Part shown: positions 20,007-28,401 of the stretch, piece by piece
Position numbering within the stretch: the stretch's first letter is position 1
Layout: every line of letters starts with the position of its first letter
DNA from: Thermoproteota archaeon
GTDB lineage: Archaea; Korarchaeota; Korarchaeia; Korarchaeales; JAOZGB01
Direction of reading: 5' to 3'
Length of the DNA: 64,000 nucleotides
Assembly (NCBI GenBank): GCA_037917685.1
Contig: JAVCBU010000012.1
Location: 320,001-384,000 of the forward strand
Position numbers and translations under genes: made by a program
The notes under the pieces: model-generated
Database searches by the model: none
What the model saw: the letters and a program-made list of their open reading frames with translations, nothing else
What the model was told of the DNA's origin: nothing

Positions 20007-21260
20007 TTAGGGGTGAACGATGATTTCTACGGTGTCGAATGGGTCGTACCTTCCATTACCGTTAACATCCGTCCATTTAAGTATGTAAACGCCACATTTG
20101 CTTAACTCTGATAAGTGATTCCTTATGAAGTTCGCTGCCGCTTCTGTGCCGTATCTTGTGCAACCCTCTACCAGGAAGATAAAGCTTCCATCAGAATGAA
20201 TGGCACCTAAGACAGCATAGTCTTCCGACTTCCATATCGGTTCGTACGTAACTCCATTGTAGATAAGCTTAAATCCGTCCCATGAGATGCCAAGCATGTC
20301 GTTGTAGGCGGTCACATACCTGTTAGCTATAGGACCTCCTACTAGTAAGGTGGACTCTCCAGGTGTGGGTACTGGCTTCTCTACAAGCTGTTTGAGGTGT
20401 CTCTCAAACCTATCCTTCAAACCTTTGTCCGGTGCTCCAGGGGCCACATATCCTACGGTTTTGTCACTTACAAAGAGGAAGTACCCCATTGAAACGATAT
20501 CTGTATTATCTGCTCCTGGGTAACTTAAGGTTATTTCATAGTAGCTTATGTATCCGTTACTCTCCCACTTCCAAGATTTTTCAGTAGCAGTGTCAACATG
20601 AGGAGGTTTCTCCTCGCCGCTATCATGTATAGCCTTTGCTTCGACAAATGTAACGCCGGGGCCTGCGTAGAATGATGGATAGTCTAACCAGAAATCTGGG
20701 CTTTCAAGATGCCACGGATCCCAGAACTTAAACTTCCATGTATCTGGGCCTACCTTCTCCCAGAAGTTGCCGTATGTTGATACTTCATCTCCTTTTGCAC
20801 CTAAGAGCGGCCAGTAAACCAGATATGAACAGTAATATCTGTGGTGCTCGTCGTCAAACCGGAACCCAAGGAACTTAATAGCTAGCCATCTTGTTTCATT
20901 ATCTACTGCAAGTGTATGCTCAGCAGATATCATGTCGTAGATCGTGGCCCCAACGTAGAACAGCCATGTTTCATCCATTCTTCCCGTCATTAATGCTTTA
21001 AAGGCCTCCTCTCTCTCGCTCTTGAATTGTTCCCACTCTTCATCTGTTAATGGTGTCTCACTTCCTATTTCCCCCTTCCATATTTCTTCTCCCACATCGT
21101 ACCTGAACGTATGATTTGCATAGAAGGTTATAGCCCAATACCCGTATCTAATGTACTGTGCTTCAGTTCTCATGACTCTTATAGTGCCTAGAAATAGCCC
21201 TGCAGTCGAAAATGATAGTAATACACATTGCAGGAGCGATATCAACTGTCTACCTGTCAT
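20007..21260 (-). CDS. Secreted surface protein, paralog A; W/Y-rich N-domain plus C-terminal S-layer-like domain
   Basis: Signal peptide; LLVGGPIAN...EDYA...VEGCTRYGTEAAA...WTDVNGNGRYD; clearly paralogous to 21430-22668. Confidence 0.8.
   Translation of the reverse strand: MTGRQLISLLQCVLLSFSTAGLFLGTIRVMRTEAQYIRYGYWAITFYANHTFRYDVGEEIWKGEIGSETPLTDEEWEQFKSEREEAFKALMTGRMDETWLFYVGATIYDMISAEHTLAVDNETRWLAIKFLGFRFDDEHHRYYCSYLVYWPLLGAKGDEVSTYGNFWEKVGPDTWKFKFWDPWHLESPDFWLDYPSFYAGPGVTFVEAKAIHDSGEEKPPHVDTATEKSWKWESNGYISYYEITLSYPGADNTDIVSMGYFLFVSDKTVGYVAPGAPDKGLKDRFERHLKQLVEKPVPTPGESTLLVGGPIANRYVTAYNDMLGISWDGFKLIYNGVTYEPIWKSEDYAVLGAIHSDGSFIFLVEGCTRYGTEAAANFIRNHLSELSKCGVYILKWTDVNGNGRYDPFDTVEIIVHP
20020..20093. 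repeat. 74-bp inverted repeat, left copy (73/74 identical to 22582-22655)
   Basis: Reverse complement reads GGCGTTTACATACTTAAATGGACGGATGTTAA(c/t)GGTAATGGAAGGTACGACCCATTCGACACCGTAGAAATCAT. Confidence 0.95.
20355..20411. repeat. 57-bp perfect inverted repeat, left copy (partner 22264-22320)
   Basis: Reverse complement = AGGTTTGAGAGACACCTCAAACAGCTTGTAGAGAAGCCAGTACCCACACCTGGAGAG, identical to 22264-22320. Confidence 0.95.
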
Positions 21261-21364
21261 TTTTACCCATAAATTTCCCCTACAATTATTTTTAAAACTT
21301 TAACGTTTAACGATGACTGGATAGTTAAATAATTTAATTTTGTAACCAGTGCCCTACAGTAAAC

Positions 21365-21385
21365 TCGAACTTAGCTAAGTTTCGA
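21365..21385. promoter_or_regulatory. Palindromic putative operator in the divergent promoter region
   Basis: TCG-AACTTAGCTAAGTT-TCGA with a perfect 14-bp core at 21368-21381, in the AT-rich spacer between the paralogs. Confidence 0.4.
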
Positions 21386-21429
21386 TTTCGAGACTAAGAT
21401 TTTTAAGCTGCCCAACTAGAAGTGTATCT

Positions 21430-22668
21430 TTGATAAAAATGAGGCTTTCCGTAAAAGCTACGTTAGTACTCATCGGATCAGCTGTACTACTACTTTCAAT
21501 CGTACCTGCAACCATAACGGAGGAAGCCCAAGAAGGCTGGATATGGAAGGGTTTCTGGGAGATATACTTCTGGAACAATAACACAATAACCTTTAAGAGC
21601 AAGAGAAAAGTGTACTGGGGAACCCTAGGTGAAGCGAGAGAGATAACGGACCAGGAATGGGAGCAGTATAAAGCTGAGCACCAGGACGAGTTTGAGGAGC
21701 TGGCTAGAGGCGCAACATATTACGACGTCTTCCACTACATTGGTGCGGCTATAGAAGATCCTATTTCACAGGAATATACGATGGTTGTACCTGATGAAAT
21801 CCTAGACATGATCGTGTACTACAAAGGCCTGTTCATAGAGGATGAAGAACACGCATACGGCCAAGAATGGAACATCTACTGGCCACCGCTTGGAACAGAA
21901 GACCAAAGTAGATGGTCCAAGGTTTCATCTGATACCGTAGAGTTTATCTTTGTAGACCCCTGGCACTTTGATACTGTAGATGCATGGCTTGACTACCCAT
22001 ACTTCTTCGCCGGGCCAGGCGTAACATTCGTTGATGCTTGGGCTGAACACGACTCTGGTGAACACATAGCCCCCCACCATGACGAACCCAACTTTAAAGG
22101 GTGGGACTGGGAGTCAAACGGGTACATTTACTGCTACCACATAACAATTTCATACAGCCAGTTAGAAAACCTCGATATGTCATCAATGCAGGCAATGCTC
22201 CTCGTATGGAACGAAACAACAGGATTCGTTGCACCAGGAGCTCCCGATAAAGCATTAAAAGACAGGTTTGAGAGACACCTCAAACAGCTTGTAGAGAAGC
22301 CAGTACCCACACCTGGAGAGCCGACAGTACTTGTAGGAGGCCCTATAGCTAACAGATTCGTAACCACCTACAATGATAGGGTTGGAGTCTCCTTCGACGG
22401 GTTCAACCTAATCTATGACGGCGTGACCTACTCCCCAGTATGGCAAAGTGAGGATTACGCAGCTGTCTTCGCTATATGGGACAATCCTGGATGGGTATTC
22501 GTAGTAGAGGGCTGCACGAGATACGGCACAGAAGCAGCGGCGAACTTCATAAGAAACAACCTCGAGGAGCTTGATGCTGGAGGCGTTTACATACTTAAAT
22601 GGACGGATGTTAATGGTAATGGAAGGTACGACCCATTCGACACCGTAGAAATCATAGTAGAGCCATAA
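21430..22668 (+). CDS. Secreted surface protein, paralog B; W/Y-rich N-domain plus C-terminal S-layer-like domain
   Basis: Signal peptide; shares DPWH...WLDYP.F.AGPGVTFV...HDSGE...WESNGYI and the whole C-terminal domain with 20007-21260. Confidence 0.8.
   Translation: MIKMRLSVKATLVLIGSAVLLLSIVPATITEEAQEGWIWKGFWEIYFWNNNTITFKSKRKVYWGTLGEAREITDQEWEQYKAEHQDEFEELARGATYYDVFHYIGAAIEDPISQEYTMVVPDEILDMIVYYKGLFIEDEEHAYGQEWNIYWPPLGTEDQSRWSKVSSDTVEFIFVDPWHFDTVDAWLDYPYFFAGPGVTFVDAWAEHDSGEHIAPHHDEPNFKGWDWESNGYIYCYHITISYSQLENLDMSSMQAMLLVWNETTGFVAPGAPDKALKDRFERHLKQLVEKPVPTPGEPTVLVGGPIANRFVTTYNDRVGVSFDGFNLIYDGVTYSPVWQSEDYAAVFAIWDNPGWVFVVEGCTRYGTEAAANFIRNNLEELDAGGVYILKWTDVNGNGRYDPFDTVEIIVEP
22264..22320. repeat. 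57-bp perfect inverted repeat, right copy
   Basis: Identical to the reverse complement of 20355-20411. Confidence 0.95.
22582..22655. repeat. 74-bp inverted repeat, right copy
   Basis: 73/74 identical to the reverse complement of 20020-20093. Confidence 0.95.
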
Positions 22669-22670
22669 TC

Positions 22671-22690
22671 ACTCCCTTTTTTATATTTTA
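22671..22690 (+). terminator. T-rich terminator-like tract
   Basis: ACTCCCTTTTTTATATTTTA immediately after the stop codon; mirrors the 3' flank of paralog A. Confidence 0.5.
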
Positions 22691-22745
22691 TAAGTATTAG
22701 GGATAGACAGTACGATTAATAATTATATGCACTAATAACACATTA

Positions 22746-23171
22746 ATGGTGGAAGACGTAATCCATATCCTTACTGGAGTTAGAGATATAAGCCGAGGTG
22801 AAGGATTAGAGCATTTCTTTCTGAAAATTTATAGCCTCCTATTCTTGAGGAGCCTTGGATACACGATGATAATGTTTGAGCCTGAGATCTTCGGGCTTAG
22901 ACCTGACATACTCGCGGTTAAAATATTAGAAGGTCATGCCGAAATAGCGTGGGTTGAATGTGGGGGAATGCACAAGCCCTATGCTGAGGTTAAGAAGGTG
23001 TTGGATAAGTTGAGGTATCTTTTGAGAAGAAAATTAGATGTGAAATACAAGATATTCAACGTCAGCATGAGACGGGTGAACCTTCCCGAGTACGTGGATG
23101 AAATAGAGGTAAGCGATTACGTGATGAAACTATTATACGATATTTATAGTATGTTTAGGCTGAGTGTCTAG
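22746..23171 (+). CDS. Small PD-(D/E)xK-fold nuclease-like protein
   Basis: EH..LK.....L...GY.....E.....RPDILAV......WVECG pattern. Confidence 0.5.
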   Translation: MVEDVIHILTGVRDISRGEGLEHFFLKIYSLLFLRSLGYTMIMFEPEIFGLRPDILAVKILEGHAEIAWVECGGMHKPYAEVKKVLDKLRYLLRRKLDVKYKIFNVSMRRVNLPEYVDEIEVSDYVMKLLYDIYSMFRLSV

Positions 23172-23195
23172 TTTTATTATTACTCAACAGGGAAT

Positions 23196-24830
23196 ATGAT
23201 ATGTCGGATGAGGCATAATAGACTTGGGTTAGGTTTAGCATTCGCCCTTTTGGGCCTCCTCCTCATTTACAGTCGCGAATATATTTTAGGGGTCTTAGGA
23301 TTATGGTTTATTTTTTCCTTAACTCCATCTTATATTCTTCATTCTAGTTTAAACGACTTGAAATGGAAGATTGCCTTCTCAAGCCTCGTCTTCTTTTTCT
23401 TAACGGTGTTATTGGATAGTCCGTTGGGTCTAATTCTATCAGCAGTTTGTAGTTTTGCCCCATTAAAGTATAATCTGGCTTATCTCTTAAGTAAAAGGTC
23501 AAGTAGAGAAGTCGTAGCAGAGAGTGAAGGGTTAGACGCTGAAAGGGATAAAAAAACTTTTATTATGAGTTTTCAGGCGTTTGCCTCCAAATGGAGGCCT
23601 AGTTTCTATCTTATCTCCGATGGGTATGCCATAGGTGCTAACTTCCTTGAAAGAATCATCTGGTACTTATTGAACATGGGTTTTAAAATGCTTATCATTG
23701 ACCAATATGGCCGCTTTAAGAGACTTGTAGAGGCGCCGAGCACTAAGGGTAGGGTTAAAGTTGTTCCTGTCGCCTCTATAGACCTTTTGGAATATGAAGG
23801 AATTGACATCAGAGATTTTTCTGCGATGGCAGCCTCCCTGCTTCTAGGGATAAATGGTAACCCTCCACTTGGACCGTTGTCGAATTCTATAAGGGTGGCT
23901 GTGAACGAGGCTCCTGGGTTGAAGATCTCATCGCTTGCTTCATCAGACTTGATTGTTGGATACGAGAATGTTAGGGCTGTCTTGGAGGGGATTGCTATAA
24001 AACAAGCCGAGTATGAGGTTAGTAGATTAGAAAACTACATAAATGATGCTCCATCATGCCTTATCATCGATGTTTCAATGTTTAGAGATGCATCTATAAA
24101 GGAAACAGCTACGCTCCTGACTCTTCTCCAGGTCTATAGGCTTTGTATACTAGGAGTCCAGGACAGGGTCACAGTTTCAACCCTCCTTTGGAGTATGGGT
24201 ATACAAGGGTTTAGAATCCAACCCCAGTTTAAGGGTGTTTTGAGAGATCTTATACATGAGATTTCGAGGTACGGGTTAATACTTGGTTATGGTCCAAGTT
24301 TAGATGTTGAATTCTTAGGAGCGGTTAATATGGTACTGATATCTCGGACTGCGGGCTTAGAAGCTAATCTCCCCCTGATAAGGGTTTTGAGTAACATCTC
24401 AAGAGATTTGCCCCAAAAGATAAAGAAACTTGAAGTTGATAGAGTTATAAAAATTGACTGGACTTCGGAGGATGTCGAGGGTGAAGTGGTTATACCTCCT
24501 CCCGTTGAACTCGAAGCTTTGCCTTACATTAGGAGAGAAATGATTGAGGAGGTAGAGGATATTGTAAAGAGGCTAAAGACAACAGGTAACTATGAAAGAT
24601 ATGTTAAAGCTTTAAGCATTGTCAGTAGAGTTGGAAAAATAGCCTCTGGAAAGGCGACAAGTCTTCTCAGAGGTGAGAAGCCACTTAGAATTTTTAATAC
24701 GCTGTGTGAACTTGGACTTCTTGACTGGGAGCCCGAGATTAGATATAGAGGGAAAGGTTTTGAGACAGTTGTTTACTATTTCATTACAAAGAAAGGTCTA
24801 AAAGTCGCTGAAAGACTAGGTATAACTTAA
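23196..24830 (+). CDS. Membrane-anchored degenerate HerA/VirB4-like (FtsK-HerA superfamily) protein with C-terminal wHTH
   Basis: About 4 N-terminal TM helices; GFKMLIIDQYGRF, LIIDVS, EISRYGLILGYGPSLD resemble HerA motifs but Walker A GKS is absent; YFITKKG wHTH wing. Confidence 0.55.
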   Translation: MICRMRHNRLGLGLAFALLGLLLIYSREYILGVLGLWFIFSLTPSYILHSSLNDLKWKIAFSSLVFFFLTVLLDSPLGLILSAVCSFAPLKYNLAYLLSKRSSREVVAESEGLDAERDKKTFIMSFQAFASKWRPSFYLISDGYAIGANFLERIIWYLLNMGFKMLIIDQYGRFKRLVEAPSTKGRVKVVPVASIDLLEYEGIDIRDFSAMAASLLLGINGNPPLGPLSNSIRVAVNEAPGLKISSLASSDLIVGYENVRAVLEGIAIKQAEYEVSRLENYINDAPSCLIIDVSMFRDASIKETATLLTLLQVYRLCILGVQDRVTVSTLLWSMGIQGFRIQPQFKGVLRDLIHEISRYGLILGYGPSLDVEFLGAVNMVLISRTAGLEANLPLIRVLSNISRDLPQKIKKLEVDRVIKIDWTSEDVEGEVVIPPPVELEALPYIRREMIEEVEDIVKRLKTTGNYERYVKALSIVSRVGKIASGKATSLLRGEKPLRIFNTLCELGLLDWEPEIRYRGKGFETVVYYFITKKGLKVAERLGIT

Positions 24831-25436
24831 CGATTCAACTCGAGACTTATGTATAAACCCAAACACCAATCCAACTAGTAGGCCTGCAGCATGGGCTGCA
24901 ACATTTACGCCAGCCATTCCCATGCCTAAAACCCATATGAGTATAGTAACTATTTCGCTAATTGAGACTTTTCTTGAAATTATGTCTAAACTTAAGACTA
25001 GCCCAACATAACCAAATATTGCCCCTGACGCCCCCACTGTTGGAGTATAAGATGGTAGAATGATTAAAGATAGTATGTCAGACCCGAACAAGGAGGATAT
25101 GTATAGGATAGCTGCTTTAACGCTTCCTACATAATTTTCACATATAGAACCGAAAATGTAGAGCGCATACATGTTAAGAAACAGATGAAGTAAATTGGCA
25201 TGAATAAATGCTGAGGTTATGAGGGTCCAGTATGCGCCTGCTTTAATGTTTGACATACTTAAACCATATTTTAGGGCTATTCCCATATCAACTTGAATGA
25301 AACCATTGATAGATGTTGTTAAAAGATACGTAAATATGTTAGCTGCAAGTATGGCTCCAGTTGTCACATATTCCCTTCTAAGAAGTAAGCTAAAGGCTAC
25401 AAGAGAGAAGGATAAGGCTATAAGGAATCGAAGCAT
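24816..25436 (-). CDS. Rhomboid intramembrane serine protease
   Basis: WTLITSAFIHANLLHLFLNM, VGASGAIFG, AHAAGLLVG. Confidence 0.93.
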   Translation of the reverse strand: MLRFLIALSFSLVAFSLLLRREYVTTGAILAANIFTYLLTTSINGFIQVDMGIALKYGLSMSNIKAGAYWTLITSAFIHANLLHLFLNMYALYIFGSICENYVGSVKAAILYISSLFGSDILSLIILPSYTPTVGASGAIFGYVGLVLSLDIISRKVSISEIVTILIWVLGMGMAGVNVAAHAAGLLVGLVFGFIHKSRVESLSYT

Positions 25437-26602
25437 TCTTTCATCACCGTTAAAGCATCAGGCTTATTTTTAAACGCCTGAATTAGCCTAATCGTGGTTT
25501 CAAGCCCGAATCTTGAAACCAAAAGTCTAATAATGAAATTAGCCTGGGAATCAACGTTGAATCGGCTTTCTACAAAAGAATCCATTTTACATCTTTTTGC
25601 AGTAAAAAGTATAGTATCATAGGCTTCTTCAGGTAAATTTTCAAGAATACATCTTAAATACCTCCCTACTAAACGCTCAAATCTATAGATTTTGTTGAAC
25701 TGAGATTCATAGCTTAGGAGGTAACTATGATTTTCTGTGAGTAAGTATTTTGATATGCTTCTAGAAGCGATCTGAGATGCTATTGAGAGGGGAAGAATCC
25801 CCCCTCTGCTTATGGGTTTGATCTGGCCGGCGGCATCTCCAACGAGCAATACCCTATTTCTAACGATTTTAGCCGGGGGAAGCCTTGGTATCTGGCCAGC
25901 TTCGAACTTTGACACCTTACACCTGGGAAATCTGGTATTTAATAGTTTTTTGAGCCTCTTTATAGGTTTAGACTGGGTTATCAGCCCTATTTTCATGCCT
26001 TCGGTTGAAGGTGCAACCCATGCAAAAGATACTCCTGGAAGTCCAAATATTAGTTCTATTACTGACGTGGTTTGTCCGTGTATAACTGCTTGAATCCCAT
26101 ACTCTAGGGGAGTAAGGATTTTGAAATATTTGTTTCTTAAGAAGGAGATAGCTCCATCAGCCCCTACAATCACTCTTCCTCTTTCAAAGTGAGCACCGGA
26201 CAATTTCTTGAAGTGTATATGAACTCCCATATACCCTCTTCCTTCGCGTACTGAGGTTACTCTGGCATCTGTTACTATTTCAACTCCTGCCTTTCGCGCC
26301 TTCTTAGCTAGTAATTTATCTAAAATCTCTCTGTTGACTACGTTCAGGGGTGTTCTTAAATTGTAAACATGTGAGAAGTGAGGAGTTGAAATTTTTAGTT
26401 TAAATATCTTCGATATCAATGCCTTTTCGATGTTGACTGGCAGAAGACTTACTGCTTTGCTACCGAGTATTCCGGCGCAGTGTACCGGCTTGCCTATTTC
26501 TTTATGTTCCTCGTAAACTACAGTCTTAAACCCTTGTTTCGCTAAATAATAGGAGGTTAGGAGCCCCGCCGGGCCAGCCCCTACAACTATAATGTCATAC
26601 AT
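25418..26602 (-). CDS. Geranylgeranyl reductase family FAD oxidoreductase
   Basis: YDIIVVGAGPAG, GKPVHCAG, GADG, LVGDAAGQIKP..GG. Start set at MYDII (26602). Confidence 0.85.
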   Translation of the reverse strand: MYDIIVVGAGPAGLLTSYYLAKQGFKTVVYEEHKEIGKPVHCAGILGSKAVSLLPVNIEKALISKIFKLKISTPHFSHVYNLRTPLNVVNREILDKLLAKKARKAGVEIVTDARVTSVREGRGYMGVHIHFKKLSGAHFERGRVIVGADGAISFLRNKYFKILTPLEYGIQAVIHGQTTSVIELIFGLPGVSFAWVAPSTEGMKIGLITQSKPIKRLKKLLNTRFPRCKVSKFEAGQIPRLPPAKIVRNRVLLVGDAAGQIKPISRGGILPLSIASQIASRSISKYLLTENHSYLLSYESQFNKIYRFERLVGRYLRCILENLPEEAYDTILFTAKRCKMDSFVESRFNVDSQANFIIRLLVSRFGLETTIRLIQAFKNKPDALTVMKECFDSL

Positions 26603-26879
26603 CCTCGAGGGCCTGCTTAACTGCTTCTTCAAGCTTTTCACGGTCGGGAAGTCCGGATGCTATAAGTTTTCTATCAATTAGGATGGAGGGTGTTTTGGAT
26701 AAGCCGAGTCTTCTAGCAATTCTGAAATTCCTCCTATTTATGAGAGGGATCTCCACAAGTTCTAACCCAAATTTTTCTGCTATCTGTTTACATATTGGTA
26801 TAGCCTTTTTAGAGTACTTATCAAATGGGTTTACAAATACAACAAGTTTTCTAGCTCCATGGCGCTGTTTTGAATACAT
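26595..26879 (-). CDS. Thioredoxin/glutaredoxin-fold protein lacking CxxC
   Basis: LVVFVNPFDKYS...ARRLGL..TPSILID......G.P..E.L pattern; DKYS occupies the CxxC position; start uncertain. Confidence 0.55.
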   Translation of the reverse strand: MYSKQRHGARKLVVFVNPFDKYSKKAIPICKQIAEKFGLELVEIPLINRRNFRIARRLGLSKTPSILIDRKLIASGLPDREKLEEAVKQALEDV

Positions 26880-27384
26880 ATTTGGCTGGCTTTCCCTCAA
26901 CTTTCTCAACATAGTTATTTTTTAATAACTCTTTAAGATATCTCTTCACCGTTGTGGCGCTTTTCTGCATTTTATAAGCCAGTTCGACGACGGTTAGGCC
27001 ATCGCTATATTCTTCTAGGATAGATAGGGCCATATAGACAGGTTTCTTGCATAGAATCTCTTTTAAATGCTTTTTGATTGTTCTGCATCTGGCTAGATCT
27101 TTAACGTCGTCTGAAATAGACAGTAGAGTGTTTTCCACAACTCTGCTCATGGATTCTAGTATGAGGCTGGTTAGGTCGCTTATGGCCATCTCAAGATTTC
27201 TTTTGTAATGTGTCGAAATCTCGAGTACTAAAGCTGAGTTGGTTGGGTTTTGATTTATGAGATCTTGCTCTAGTGTTTCCATTTTCTTCATGTATTTTTC
27301 TTTAAGCTTCGGCATCTGAGCCATAAAAGCTCTGGTGACGTTGTATATTATTCCTTGGATTTCAGCCTTAAAAGGGTCTTCCAA
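26851..27384 (-). CDS. Helical N-domain plus C-terminal winged-HTH protein
   Basis: GLTVVELAYKMQKSATTVKRYLKELLKNNYVEK...PAKY wHTH. Confidence 0.65.
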   Translation of the reverse strand: MEDPFKAEIQGIIYNVTRAFMAQMPKLKEKYMKKMETLEQDLINQNPTNSALVLEISTHYKRNLEMAISDLTSLILESMSRVVENTLLSISDDVKDLARCRTIKKHLKEILCKKPVYMALSILEEYSDGLTVVELAYKMQKSATTVKRYLKELLKNNYVEKVEGKPAKYVFKTAPWS

Positions 27385-27558
27385 TTTCTCATCACCAAAT
27401 TATCATTGGGATGTTTAAACTCTCATGGATTTGACTTGTAATGCCCTTATGCGTGAGTGACCTGTTCAAATATTAAAGTTTTATGATAGGCGCAATAGGA
27501 AAGTTTGAATCTTATAGTAACTCATGAAATGTTGAGGTGCTCGTGTTTTCTGGACATG

Positions 27559-28401
27559 TTAAACCTTGCATACTTGAAAGTCTATTCTTACTTTCCACAC
27601 CCTTGGAGAGTATTGGGACACCAATCTTTTCCTTAAAATTTTAGCATCGTATCCCTTTATACCGGTCTCCTCCAATATCTTCTCAATACCTTGTTTGAAT
27701 GGATCCGGCTCGGCACCCCAGTTATAGAAGTGAATGGTGCCGCCATCCCTAATCTTTTCTAGAGCTATGTTAAGGTAGACTTCAGCACCTTTGGGTAGTG
27801 GCATCACTATCCTATCAAAGTTTATGTCGAATTTTGGACATATGTCTTTCACATCTCCGAGGAACGCTTTTACTTTGCCTTCTAACCTGTTGAGCTTAAT
27901 ATTTTCTTGAAAGAAATCGAAAGCTGCCTTGTTTATCTCAACTCCGTAAACGATCCCAACATTTGGCTGCTTTTTGGCTATAGCTATACAGTATGGTCCT
28001 ACTCCTGCAAACATTACTAGAACCTGCTCTCCTGGTCTAACCTGACTTGCTACCCGCATTCTTTCTTCTGCTTCTCTTGGAGAGAAATATACTTTAGTTG
28101 GGTCTAATTTGAGAAAGTACCCGTACTCCTTATGAATAACAGTTGTATCAGGGTCACCGGCCAGAAGAGCGTATTTTCTTAGTCGTTCCACTCCAGCTCT
28201 TGGAGAAACCTTGGCAAGGACTGACTTTATGCTCTTGTGTCTTTTTAAGATCTCAGCCGCTATTAAGTGTCTTAAGTTCCATTTGTCATCTGGAATTTCT
28301 ACGATGGCCACAGCTTTGCCTCTGGAACCTATGATGTCAAAGGATCCTATTTTAACTCTCGAAGTCGTATCCCGCGATGCCTTCGACCTTTCCAACTTCA
28401 A
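27559..28401 (-). CDS. Trm5/Tyw2 (Met-10+) family tRNA methyltransferase, short form
   Basis: SFDIIG, HKEYG..LKLD..KVYFSPR...ER, MFAGVGPY, FDRIVMPLPK; start uncertain (50-bp overlap with upstream gene). Confidence 0.85.
   Translation of the reverse strand: MKLERSKASRDTTSRVKIGSFDIIGSRGKAVAIVEIPDDKWNLRHLIAAEILKRHKSIKSVLAKVSPRAGVERLRKYALLAGDPDTTVIHKEYGYFLKLDPTKVYFSPREAEERMRVASQVRPGEQVLVMFAGVGPYCIAIAKKQPNVGIVYGVEINKAAFDFFQENIKLNRLEGKVKAFLGDVKDICPKFDINFDRIVMPLPKGAEVYLNIALEKIRDGGTIHFYNWGAEPDPFKQGIEKILEETGIKGYDAKILRKRLVSQYSPRVWKVRIDFQVCKV

Noticed and set aside
20007-22668. Diversity-generating retroelement (TR/VR) explanation for the paralog repeats
   Set aside because: No reverse transcriptase in the window, both copies are coding, and the differences are not adenine-specific.
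27500-27535. GTTTGAATCTTATAGTAACTCATGAAAT resembles a CRISPR repeat
   Set aside because: Single copy, no regularly spaced repeats and no cas genes in the window.
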